Assembly: GCF_009914755.1 (NCBI RefSeq)
Contig: NC_060946.1
Source of the DNA: the human T2T-CHM13v2.0 reference genome, Homo sapiens
Length of the DNA: 64,000 bases
Direction: 5' to 3' (one strand)
Part shown: piece by piece, positions 1 through 44,400 of the stretch
Numbering within the stretch: the stretch's first letter is position 1
Layout: each line of letters begins with the position of its first letter
The notes under the pieces: model-generated
Database searches by the model: none
Told to the model about the DNA's origin: nothing
What the model saw: only the letters and a program-made list of their open reading frames with translations
Made by a program: the position numbers and the translations under genes

Positions 1-169
1 TGGCAGCACAGAGCAGAGCCTGCCTGGGAGGGGGCTGGGAACAAAGCAGCAAAATGAACTAAGGTTCAGGAGTTAGGCTGCCTTCAGCTCAGATCCCAGG
101 CTGCATCACACTTAGAGAGAGACTGTGGGCAAGTCAGTTAGCTGCCCTGAGCCTCAGTTTCCCCTTCTG

Positions 170-488
170 TTTTTTTTTTTTTTTTCCGGTCTTGTTTTCT
201 TTGCAACAGGGTCTTACTCTCTTGCCCAGACTGGAGTGCAGCTGCGTGATCATAGCTCTCTGCAGCCTCTAACTCCTGGGCTCAAGTAATCCTCCTACCT
301 CAGCTTTCTGAGTAGGTGGGACTACAGGTGCACACCACCATGCCTAGCTAATTTTTTATTTTTGTTTTTGTAGAGATGCGGTCTCGCTATGTTACCCAGG
401 TTGGTCTCAAACTGCTGGCAACAAGTGATCCCTCCCACCTCGGCCTCCCAAACTGTTGACATTACAGGCATGAGCCACTGCGCCCGGC
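170..488 (-). mobile_element. Alu (old, J-like)
   Basis: T tail followed by antisense Alu body. Confidence 0.85.
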
Positions 489-805
489 CTTCCCTTCTGT
501 TAAATAGGGACAGTAAAGTCCCTAGTGTTTATACAACACTTACTATGGACTGGAAATCATCATTATTATCACTATCCATTGTATTAATACAATTCGGGGT
601 ACGTGGGAAGCCCTACAACAAAACTGTCAGTGCCTCTTCCCTGACTGACGCTGACATGGCCATCTTTGGGCAGGCAGGCGGGCAGGCTAGTGGTTATTTC
701 CAAGGCGTGCCAGCAACCCTAGGATCTGCTTCCCTATCCATTGGAGACATGATGAGTTTCACCCATACCCCTGCTTAAAGTCCATGCCCTCTCCCCACCC
801 TGCAG

Positions 806-9965
<9,160 letters not shown>

Positions 9966-10100
9966 CCTGCCCGCCCGCATGGCCAGCCAGTGGCAAGCTG
10001 CCGCCCCCACTCTCCGGGCACCGTCTCCTGCCTGTGCGTCCGCCCACCGCTGCCCTGTCTGTTGCGACACCCTCCCCCCCACATACACACGCAGCGTTTT

Positions 10101-10106
10101 GATAAA
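10101..10106 (+). terminator. Probable SMTN poly(A) signal, variant GATAAA
   Basis: Only PAS-like hexamer between the SMTN stop and SELENOM, in a T-rich context. Confidence 0.6.
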
Positions 10107-10291
10107 TTATTGGTTTTCAACGATCCTGACTCCTCTCTGCGTCTCCTGGGGGTGGGGAGGGGGTTTGAACCGAAGGCAGCTCCGCAAGGTCTCCAACTCC
10201 AGCAGGGATCCTCAGAGGTTCTTCTTCCGACCTCCCACCCCACCCGCCCGCAGCAACGAAGGAGTCGAGCCTCAGTTAAGGCAGGAGGGAA

Positions 10292-10297
10292 TTTAGT
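10292..10297 (-). terminator. Probable SELENOM poly(A) signal, variant ACTAAA
   Basis: Only PAS-like hexamer just 3' of the SECIS. Confidence 0.55.
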
Positions 10298-10360
10298 GGA
10301 GCTGGGGAAGGAAGAAAGTGGGGTTGGGAGAACCTCCCCAACCCCATCCCTGCTGGCCCG

Positions 10361-10428
10361 GGGACGGGCATCGGCTCTCAGCAAGAGAAGTATTCCCGGG
10401 ATGCTGAGCGCTTCATTCTGTCTCCAGG
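10361..10428 (-). promoter_or_regulatory. SECIS element of SELENOM (non-canonical AUGA_CC_GA)
   Basis: Minus strand reads ...gaAUGAagcgcucagcauCCCgggaauacuucucuugcugagagccGAug...; core AUGA 10416-10413 and GA 10372-10371; helix CUCAGCA/UGCUGAG; apical CC in place of AA. Confidence 0.9.
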
Positions 10429-10468
10429 ACTCAGGCAGGTAGGTCCCAGCTCCGCCGCGCCCCCGGAC

Positions 10469-13004
<2,536 letters not shown>

Positions 13005-13811
13005 CGGGACCCGGCCGCAGATGATGCGCAAGCTGGAGGCGAACCTCCGAGTCGCTGCGCCACGTCTGGGCCCCCAGGCTGGCCCCGCCCCCGCCCCCGC
13101 CCCCGCCCCCGCCCCCACTCCCGCTAGAGGCCCAGTCCCGCTGGAGACCACGCCCCCAGCGCTCGGTCTCCGCCCCAGGACTCCCCGCCGTTACCTCCCG
13201 CTAGCTCAGGGCGAGGTCCTGGCTCCTCCCTGGCGTTTGGGCCGTCACTTTCCCAGGTCCGAGAGTGTCGACGCTCCTTTTGTCGACCGAGGATGTGGAC
13301 GCTCCCCCAGGATGCGGCCAGGCAGCGCCACCTCACGCCGGCAGAGGGTGCCGGCGAGACGCTGAGGGACACTGGAGTTTCTGAGCCGAACCTGCGACTT
13401 TAAGATAGGGAAACTGGTAGGACATCCAAGAAAAAAAAAGGAAAGAAAGAAAGAAGAATAAATAAGGGAAACTGGCTTTCTGAGGACTCCTCGCTTTGGA
13501 GCGTGGGAGATGAGGAGTGAGGTTCGGTGGAGGGGGTGCGGCTTCTGGGAGCCACTGAGACCTACCAGCGTGTCTTCTTACCATCCACAGCTACTGCTGA
13601 GCAGACTTTCTGACCTGGGGTGAGGAAAGGAATTTGCTATTCAAAGGTGGGAAAATGCAAGGAGGGTTACAGCTGATAGGCCACAACAGGGTCTTAAATC
13701 AGCTGGGTTAAATTTATGGAGTCAGGATTTACTTTTTTTTTTAATGTGGCTATCCAATTCAATTAAAAATCTTGTCTTTTTCATTGCTACTCTGCCGCGT
13801 TACCTCTGTTA

Positions 13812-17441
<3,630 letters not shown>

Positions 17442-17520
17442 TTAGGAAACAGGCTCAGAAAGGTGAAATGAGTGAACTGTGGATTTGGGACTTGAACCCA
17501 ACATGTCTCTGCACTCATCT

Positions 17521-18485
<965 letters not shown>

Positions 18486-18506
18486 ATCTCATACATAAGC
18501 AGATAG

Positions 18507-18963
<457 letters not shown>

Positions 18964-19109
18964 GGAGAACGGATCACCAGATCACCAGATTAGGATGCCA
19001 GTTCTCTTCTTCATGCTTTCTTCCACAGACACAGCAAGTTCGTCACTGTCCTCTTTTCCCATTGAATCTAGGGACTCCTTCTCAATACCGAGCCAAGGCT
19101 GCATTATGA

Positions 19110-23159
<4,050 letters not shown>

Positions 23160-23160
<1 letters not shown>

Positions 23161-23295
23161 GATATAGCTATATAAAATATATAACACGTATATGTAAATA
23201 TACATGTATATAAATATATATGCATATTATATACAACATGTATATAAATATATATGCATATTATATACAACATGTATATATAAATATATATGCCT
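23160..23295. repeat. AT-rich low-complexity tract with a ~34-bp tandem unit
   Basis: acatgtatataaatatatatgcatattatataca repeated ~2.7 times. Confidence 0.75.
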
Positions 23296-23869
23296 AGACC
23301 CCCGCCCCCACCAAAAAATATCTATAAGGAAACAAACCAATAAGTCAGAACGATTATTTCTTGGTGGATGAAATTATAGGTAAATGTTTTCCTTCTGTGT
23401 TTTGTGTAATGGGCATGGATTACCTAAACACAAACAGTAAACTTTATTTACGAAAATAATGGGACATACCCCACTATTTCCTTCTACTCCAACCCCTACC
23501 CCAGCAAGGGCCTCAGAGTAACTGAAGCCAGAGGCCCCACGGAGTCGTTCTTGCTGCTGACAGAGCCAAACCCCAGTACCCCATGGGCCCTGGTTGTTTG
23601 CTGGACAGATGCCACCAAACCACTCTCATTGCATTAGCCTGGATGCTGTGGCCCCTAAAGGCCACAGCTTGGGCTGCTGAGGGTTGACCAACCAGCCAGT
23701 GGAACCAGTGGTGGAGACTGTGACCATAACAGTACCAGGAAGGAACACTGTGGCATCAGCAGCATGAGAAGCCCAAGATCTCCCAAGACAGATCTCTGCC
23801 CATAATCCATGCCTCTTATGTGGCAGCATGTAATTTAGGCCAGCAGTCTTCCTCAAGTGGGGCCAAGGT

Positions 23870-24530
23870 TGGGGATTAGTCTGTGATGGGGTCAGGCTCA
23901 GACAGGGTCTAGGTCAGCCCTTAGTTGAGTAGTCTGTAGCCTAGGGCTAGATACAGGGCTCAGTCCATGATTGGGCTTAGTCTTTAGTCTGTGACCAGGA
24001 GCCAGGCTCAGTCTGTGACCAGGGTCATGTCTCTGTCAATGACTAAGTTCAGGGCTCAGTCTGTGACCAGATTCAGGGCACAGTCTTCCGTTTAGGGCTC
24101 AGTGTGTGACCAGAATTGCATGATCCAGGGTCAGAATTCAGTCTGTGGTCAGAGTTCAGTCAATGATTAGGCTCAGGACTCAGTCTTTGACCAAGATTAG
24201 GGCTCAGTCTTCTGCCAGAGTCAGGGTTAAAAGGTTAGTCTGACTCTTCTGCCAGAGTCAGTCTAAAAGGTTAGTCTGGGCTGGGGCTAGAATTCAGTCT
24301 GTGACTAAGGCTCAGTCTTAGAGAAGGATAAGGGCTTGATCTGGGCCCAGAACTAAGGTCTCAAGTTGGGATCAGCCTAATTCAGGCTTAGATCAGTATG
24401 TGACTAGAGTCAGGGTTCATTCTAAGGTGATGTCAGAGCTCAGTCAAGAGCTGGAGTAGAGGCTTAGTCAATACCAAGAGTCGGGTTCAAGTTGGAGGAT
24501 CAGGACCATGACCAGGGCTTAATCTGGCTC
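23870..24530. repeat. Degenerate ~24-bp tandem array (CAGTCTGTGACCAGRGTCAGGGCT-like)
   Basis: Recurrent ggctcagtctgtgaccag motif over ~650 bp. Confidence 0.75.
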
Positions 24531-26471
24531 TATGCTCTGTTCTGAGCTCCAATAAAGAAGCTTCTGGAGGCATAGGAGCCCAGAGCAAGTCAGTCTGCAA
24601 GAAATGAGAGCCCCCAGGCAAGCTTAGCAGGGTCTGGTGGCTGCAGGAAGTTTCCCCTGGACTGCTGAGGCCGGGTGTCCTAGAGCCTCTAACCTACATG
24701 GCTCTGCTGCTTGAGATCCCCTCGCACCAGAATAAAAATAGCCACTCACTTCAGAGCAGCTGACAGCGGGTGCTGGGCTGCCTAGGAGGAGGGGGAGCCG
24801 AAGAGAAGGAGGAGAGAGGCCTGAGCTCAGCCCCAGCTGTGTGACCTTGGGAAAGTCACTCCTCCTCCTCCAGCCCATTTCCTGAGTGGCAGAATGGGGA
24901 GTGAGGATGACATCTGCCTCAGAGGGTGAGAATGAAGTGCTGGGGACATAACATGTGAAGCTTGTTACCAACAAGAAACCCTGGAGTGAAGCCTTGGGAG
25001 AAGAAATGCTCTTTTGTGCCCTGTATACTTCCTCCTCAGGGAAGCCCTCCCAGATAACCCCTTCTTTCACATTCCCACAATATCCTGTATCACCCTCTAC
25101 ACCTTTGCAGATGGTAGCCATAGCATGACCTCCCTCATGGCGGGCCTGGGTCAGGGTGACCAGGGAGAGAAAGGAAGGAGGACAGACCCTCGGTACCGTT
25201 GCCATCCTCAGGTGCCCCTGGAAAGTGAACCGAGGAAGAGGAGGAGGAAAAAGACAGGAAAGACTTCTCTCCCTTCCCTGCTCATGTTTACTCCGAACCA
25301 AAGGGCAGGAGGGTACATGTCCAAATTTCTCATCCTTTCACAGCCAGAACCTTCCTTCCCCATCCATGCTTTGTACCTGCTGTTCTCTCTGCTTTCCAGC
25401 CAGGGCGTTTCTCTTCTTCGATTTGGCAGCACGGACTCTCCTTCAAAGAAGGGGTTCAACAGTCAGCTCCTCTGTCGGGAAGAATTATCCACTGCCTCTC
25501 CAGGAGCTCCATGCTCTGTCCTCTCTCTACTGGCTGTGTAATCCCTGGGCCTCGGTTTCTTCCTCTGTCCAATGGGGGCCTCATTACCAACCTCACAGGG
25601 TTACTATGGAGAGTAACTGGGATACTCCATCTATCACTGGCATCCTGCCTTCCTATCCCTGACCCACACAGCCTGAAGGACAGCACTGAGTTTCCAGGAG
25701 TGGGCTGGATGAGCCCTGGACCCTGCCTCAGTACGCCCACCCCCCTCCCCCACCAAGAGTGAGGGCAAGGAGGGAGCCAGAAAGGGCCTCCAGAGACAGC
25801 CGTCTCCAGGGGGGCGGTTCTCCCTGACAGCTGCCCCCAGCCTGCCGCCCTGAGCCCCAGAGCCTGTTATCAACCTCCTTAGTCATCACACCAGGAGCTC
25901 AAATATAGCTCCAACTCACTCCCTTTTCAGCTGGGGTCCGCCCCCTACCCCCTTCTCCTGACAAGACCAGGCTTGGGTCTCAGAGCCCCTTCCTTGTCCT
26001 CCCAGGAGGGTAACCACCCTCAGCCTGTTTCAGCATCCACCACATGGGCAGGCTGAAGTCAATGGTGGTGATGATGATGATGATAAATACAGAGCAGCCA
26101 CCTTTATGGAGAGCTTGCTGTGCCAGGCTCTATGCTAAACATTTCATATATATTATCCTGTTGAATCTTCACCAGCAAACTTAGGAGGTGTCTGCTGTTT
26201 TAATCTCCCTTACACAAATTGGGAATCAGAGTGACCTCCTCAAGTAAGTCAGTGGCAGGGCCAGAAACAAAGTCCCCTGCAGGGTCTGAGCTCAGGGAGC
26301 GGGTGGTGGGAAATCCTGGGTTGCCCTCCTGAGGCAGAGGAGCCCTCTGCAGACACATTTGCATGACATTTGTCTGGCTTCCAAAGGGCACTGATGCCCC
26401 TGTCCCAGCCCTAGATGGCTGAGCCTTAGGACTGGTCCCAGAGGCCTGGATCTGCCCATCATTCCCTCTAG

Positions 26472-26897
<426 letters not shown>

Positions 26898-26939
26898 TAA
26901 GACAGGATGAGTTCGAATCTTCCTTTTTCTGGTAACCTG

Positions 26940-27195
26940 AGCATCACCACCAGGTCTACTCTCACATCCTCCCTGACTGTCACCTCCAACTCCAACACTA
27001 CCTCTTTCATTGACACAACACCATCATCAGTATTGGTATCATCATCACCTCTACCTTTGCCATCACCATCACCTCCACCACCTTCACCACAACCACTGCT
27101 AGCCCCCTACTTCCATCATCACAGTTACATACATCATCACATCCATCACCACAGTCGCCTTCCCCGTCACCACTGTCACCATCTCCACTATCGCT
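26940..27195. repeat. Low-complexity (CAC/CAT)n region
   Basis: Runs of catcac/caccat. Confidence 0.75.
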
Positions 27196-28511
27196 GTCCA
27201 AAGACCTTTCTACCCCAACACTCTAATATGGCCTGAGTCTCTGCCCCTGCAAATTCCAGCAGAGATGCTGGCCTGAGAATACAGACTAGACCTACTGACA
27301 GTCAAGCAGAGGTAGGAAGTGCCTTCAGGAGAGGAAAGTGAGGCATCTGCCTTCATGTAGGAGACTGCACAGGCCCATGCAGATGCTCCATGTTGGTTAA
27401 CAGGGAGCTCTGCACACACAACTCTGAACACTTTCTGCCTAAAGTGGGTGGGATCACTCCTCTCTAAGCCATGAGAAACAGATCCCACAGCCATCCCAGC
27501 CCAATCTGACCCTCATCACCCATTCACTCTTCTAATTCATTTATTCATTCAACAAACACTCCCGTAGGCCTGTTGGGGACCATGTCCTGGGCTGGGTCCT
27601 GGCTGTAGCAATTCTCAGGCCTGTTTGTAACTCTCTTGTCAGTCTGTTACCCCACTGCTGGGCCCTTCTCCACCCAAGTTCCCTTCCCCCAGATAGCTCG
27701 AAGGGCTTGTGCTCATCCTAGGTCACTAAGTTTTCTCACTGAAACACAGGAGACCTTCTCAGTTCACCAGGTGACCTTGAGCAAGTTCCCCTCCCAAACC
27801 ACACCCAGTGAATACTGGAGAGAAGAAAGCTGACAGAAGCCGGGCTGGGTTAGGCCTGGCTGTGGGGACATCTGAGGGCAGCTAGGTGTCTGCAGAAGAG
27901 GAGGGGCTGGTGCTGAGGCCTGAGATGGGAAAAGACTGCAGTGGCTGGAGCCTGAGTGTCTGGTTCTGGGTTGGGAAGAATAGAGCCTGGGACTGGCAGT
28001 AGGAGTGGAGAGGGTGGCACCAAGACCTGAAAATGGGGCAAGGGTGGGGGCCGGGGCAAGCTCTGAGCTGGCAGGGAGCCAGGAAGGTCACAGGATCAGG
28101 GCAAGAACTCAGTTGTCTCTGAGGCCCTGGAGAGGGTGCAGACCTCTGAACCACCTGTCCTACCTTAAGGCAGGTGTGTTAATGCCCCTCCCTGGAGCAA
28201 AGGGCTGACCAGGCCTACGGCAGAAAGGTGAAGGTAGACAGACAGCCTCCTTCCTGCTGCCAGTTGGGACCTGGGCCAGGCAGATGGGTACACTCTCCCC
28301 TCCCCACTCCATGGCTGTTCCAGCCTCAGCAGCCAGTTTGAAGGATTCCCAGGGGGTAGCCACCTTGCTTCGGCCTCTTCCAGGCTGGGAAGTGGGAGCC
28401 TGTGCCTTTAAATTCTCAGCAGGTTGAAATGGCTGATGACATCACTGGTTCCCGGGAGCGGTAGAGCTGGAGCCGGAGCCAAGGGAGTCCAGGCTGCCGG
28501 GGGCTGCAGAC

Positions 28512-39923
<11,412 letters not shown>

Positions 39924-40182
39924 GGGTGGGGTAGGCAGATGGGCCAAGGTGACCACCATTCTGCCTCAATCTTTTGCAAGCCCACCTGCCTCTCTCCTGC
40001 TGCTCCTCCAGCTGTATCTGCACCTGCCTCTCTGTCCTGGCCAGGGGTGGACAACTGGGGTCCCCCAAAACTCAGTCCTGGCACCTCAACTGTGACAATC
40101 AGCAAAGCCCCACCCAGGCCCCCATCTGGGATGATGGGAGAGCTCTGGCAGATGTCCCAATCCTGGAGGTCATCCATTAGGA

Positions 40183-40188
40183 ATTAAA
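40183..40188 (+). terminator. Probable INPP5J poly(A) signal ATTAAA
   Basis: Followed by a T/GT-rich downstream element. Confidence 0.7.
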
Positions 40189-40331
40189 TTCTCCAGCCTC
40201 ACTCTCGGCTCTTTCCTACTTGTTAGTAGTCTTGGGATGGTGGTAGTTAGAGGCAGGGACTAAAGAGGTGAGGGAATGACAGAACCGACATTTACCAGGC
40301 ACCAGCTGTATACATTACACATGCCATCTCC

Positions 40332-40337
40332 TTTAAT
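40332..40337 (-). terminator. Probable PLA2G3 poly(A) signal ATTAAA, inside a MIR-like repeat
   Basis: Plus strand TTTAAT within a MIR-like 'tttaatc...cacaaccctgtgag...cccatttcacag...aactgaggc' segment. Confidence 0.55.
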
Positions 40338-41226
40338 CTGCATCACAACCCTGTGAGATCAGTGCTATTCTTAGACCCATTTCACAGGTGAGCGAACTGA
40401 GGCCTTTAAAAGGTTACATCAACCTCTCAAGATCAGACACCAAACCATAGTTCAGCTAGGTGTCGCAGGGGGGAGTACTTATTAAGTGCTAAGCACTGTA
40501 TATGTATTGGTTCACTTAATCCTCAACAACCCTATGAGGTAGCTCCTGTTTAGAGACCCCCTTTTTTTAGAGGAGGAAACTAAGGCTTAGAGTGCAAGAG
40601 GGAGGTCCTTTGCGCAAAGGCATGGAGGAGATTTGAATTTAGGTTTAGGGATGGGCCAGGAAGGGCACGGCAGCCGTTAAAAAAAGAGGCCCCCCTGGGA
40701 GGAGGGGAGCTGAAAGCCCTCTCCAACACCCACCCCAATCCTGGATTCAGACACAGACATTTCTGTGACATCCCTAACTTCCCACCTGCTACCTCAGGCC
40801 ACAGCACCCAGGCACTAGGGCTCCCCTAGGCAGGTTTTTGAGGCATGTATTATTTTTGCAACACGGACATACATGTACCTCCTCCTGGTACTGCCTGGGG
40901 CTGCTGCAATAAGTTACCCTTTCCCCATTCTCATCTGTATGTGAAGTTCCCTGGCAAGGCCAAAGCCCAGGGCATCAGAATGAGCTTCCTGAACACCACA
41001 TCCAGGCATAGAAGAGTTGTGTCATACATAGCTCAAGGTTACCCAGAACAGCAGGAGATGTGGTCCAGCATTTGGGCCTTGAGATCCCCCCATTCATCCT
41101 CTTGATTGTCCACAACAGCCTCTGCCATGCTTCAGTCTAACCTACGGAGGGGAGGCTGAGATTCCCAAGGCTTGGCATAGCCATGGGCAAGGTCCAGGCT
41201 GGTGCCCAGGAAAGCTGAAACTGAGG

Positions 41227-41440
41227 TCACTGGCTCCAGGACTTCTGCTGCCTGTCGGGTCTCCTGGCTGCCTGGGTTAGCTGCAGGCACTGGTTGTAGA
41301 ATGACATGGGGCCTCTCAGGGGCTCTGAAGGCCATGGCTGCCTCTCATCTGTGCCTTTATCCTGGAGCTGGTGTCGCCTCTGCTGAAGCCTCCGCAAGTG
41401 CCGGGCTGACACCCTGATGGCCCTAGGGTCTCTGGAACAG
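41227..41440 (-). CDS. PLA2G3: PLA2G3 exon 7, coding part
   Basis: [17 protein letters not shown]...QQKSWSQ*. Confidence 0.93.
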
Positions 41441-44400
41441 CTGTAAGGAGAGAAGAGTGGGGCAGATGATCAGGGCTGACAAGGATCCCACCTTACTCTG
41501 CAGACAGTGGGCTGAGGCCCAGAGAGAGAGGGGGCTGGGGCCACAGTCACCAGCAAGGCAGAGAGGGGTGGGTTTCACGGAGAAAGGGTATAATAAACCG
41601 GGCTGGTACCTGGAGGCCTGGGTTCTGCCACTAGCTGGCTGTGGAAACCTGAGCCAGAAGCCTCAGCCTCATCTATGAAATGGGAAAGTTAAGAAGGAGC
41701 TGGCTTTGAGAATCGGAATCCAGATGAAAGCAGAGCACAGTGGCTCACGCCTGTAATCCCAGCACTTTAGGAGGCCGAGGTGGGAGGATCGCTTGAGTCC
41801 AGAAGTTCAAGACCAAATGAGATTGTGGATTAGGAGTGAGTTAAGTACACATTTTGCTGTGTGCCAGGCGGGGCATGACCTATGTGCATCCTGCCGTTTC
41901 CTTGGTTCCTACGACCATTTTACAGACAAAGACATGGAAACTTGGAAAGGTGAACCAGTTGCCAAGGTCATGTGGGAATCAAATGACAAAGCCAAGATGC
42001 GACCCATAGAGGCCAACTGCAGAGCTGGACCTGGGGCAGCAGGGGGTAGAGGGATGAGGCTATGGATAGGAGCTCAGAGGTCTCCCGATCCCTTCCCCTA
42101 CCCCTTGGCCCAAGCATTCAAAGTGAGTATAGGCAACCCACCCTTTGAGAAAACCCCCCATCCCTCCTGGCTCTGACATCACTTACTTTTTGCCTTCCAC
42201 ACAGTCCAGTGGAGGGGCCAGCTTGAAGCAGGTTGTGCCCAGCAGCTCCCAAAGCATGTTGGTAACCTCGGGTGGGCTGTGGAGCCTCAGGAAGCGTGCC
42301 AGACTGAGAACAGAGGCAGGCTCAGGCCGGGGCAGGGCCTTGCCAGCCAGGGGCCCCTTCCCATGCCTGGCAGCAGGCAGCCCACCCCGCGAGGGTTCAA
42401 AGGGGCCTCACCGGCGCGTGCAGTTGCAGTGGAAGAGGGGCTCTTGGGCGCTGTTGAGCAGCTGGAACTCGATTTCCCGGGGCCCAATCTGGTGCTCACA
42501 CTGGTCCAGGTGGCGGCGGAAGCTGCGGCAGACCCAGCGGGCACCTGAGGGGTGGATGTGGTGTTGATGGGAGCCCAATCCACCAGGGAGGCCCCACCAA
42601 TGCCTGCGCCATCCGGGAGAAACACCAGCACGTGTGCTCAGTCACACACACAGATTCCCTCCATTTCATGCCTTCTGAGTCTTTGTGCCCTCAGTGTGCC
42701 GCCCTTGTGGCAGTGCCTCCCTACCCCCAAGCCGCCAAACACGGTAGTACTGCTATGGGGGACACCCAGAGTACTGACGGTAGTCAAGAAAGGCTTCCAG
42801 GAGGCATAGGCTGCTAAACTGAGGGTGGGAGAGAAGACAAGGAGAGGAGGAACAGCATGTGCAAAGGCCTCACGGTAGGAGAGAGCCTGGCGCTTTTGAG
42901 GAACCAAGTGAAGTTTGTGAAACTAGAGTTTTGACTGGGGGTAGGGTCTGCAGGGCCAAGGCTTGAGGGCCTCTGGGTGTTGGGACATCATTGGCTGAGA
43001 TAAAGAGGAGTGGTGGTGGGTGCACAGTGGGGCCTGATGTGGTCAAATTCGTGGATTATGAAAATCCTGTGCTGCAGTGTGATTTCATGGGAGAGGTTGG
43101 GAAATCCCAGGAGGAAACTGGTGCAGGAAAAGAGGCAACACATGGCCACCCCTAAACAGAAGCAGGGACACCCCCTCATGTCAGGAACCCCCAAGGTTAG
43201 GTTCTGAGCTCACCCTGAGGTTTTAGGCCACCCTGTGGGCCCTGGAGGCCTGTGGGGGCCACATCAAGCCTGGGAGAGACCATAGGGTCCTGGAGGGCTG
43301 TGGTGTTGGCTTTGCTGGGGCGCTTGGACCCTTTCTGATGTGGTGGCCCCTTCCGAAGGTGCTGCTTCTGTCGAGGCTTGGGAGGGGCTGGGCTCCGGGA
43401 GCTGGGAGTTGGGGAGGTGGCCCGGGAGCTCCAGGAGGCATTGTAGAAGGTCCTGGGCTGCAGGCGAGCGAGGGGCACTGTGCCATACATCCTACACCTG
43501 GGTGGTGGCAGTTGGTGGAAATTGGTGACTGGGAATCCCCCTTCCAGAAGCCCCCAGGGTCGTCTCCATGGAGATCAATGCTCTGCCAGTCCCATCCCCC
43601 ATCCCGCTGGGTTGTGGGGGACACCCAAGGAGGGTCTGCATCCCGGGCCCTCAGGAGAGGACATGCAGGATGGGACATCATTCCCTGGAAGACAGACAGA
43701 CAGATAGCTCTCCCTCACCAGGCTTGGAGCCTGGGCTCCCTCTCTGTCTGGAAAGGGACATGAGGGGGTGGCCACGTACCCGCCCCACCAGTACCACGCC
43801 ACACACGCCTCCTGCTCCTCCAGCACAAAGCAGGGGATCTCCAGCACGTTGAAGAAGGCCACGCCCACGATGTCCGAGATGGAGTCGTGCTGATTCTGTA
43901 GGCATTGCTGAAACCTGCCCCAGAACAGATACCCAGGACCCTGGGGCATGGAGGGCTGTCTGGCTCCTCCCACAGCCCACTGTGCCACTACCAGCTGGGT
44001 GGTTTGGGGTCCAAGCATCCCTTCTTTCTGGCCTCAGCTTTCCTACCTGCACTGTGGGGTCCAAGCTGGCTGAGCTTTAAGATCCTCTGCAATCCCAATG
44101 TCTAGTTACCCAGGAACTGGGTAACTCTGCCCTGTCCCTGAGCTCTGGGCCCTCGCTGCCTGCCACCAACCTGGTGTCACAGTCACAGTGGGAGATGGTG
44201 TGGAATCGGTAGTTTCGGATGCCATAGTTGTACTGCAAGGGTGAGATGTTCTGTGGGCAGCGGTCATGTTCCCGGCAACAGAGATCAGGTCCCTGGAAGA
44301 CCCCTGCAGGGAGGGGAGGGGAGAGGGCACCAACTCAGCAGGGTCCTAGGCATCATGCACCAGCTATGCCCCCCTGGTAGGAAGAGGGCAGAGACCTGGT

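Noticed and set aside
24624-25762. Cluster of 170-225 aa ORFs between SELENOM and INPP5J
   Set aside because: They translate MIR/L2-like remnants and have no coherent protein features.
26907-27236. Ser/Pro/His-rich ORF
   Set aside because: Product of the (CAC/CAT)n low-complexity tract.
28400-28511. TATA-like TTTAAA, CRE-like TGACATCA and upstream ATGs before INPP5J
   Set aside because: Plausible core promoter or uORFs, but the TSS cannot be fixed from sequence and the motifs are short.
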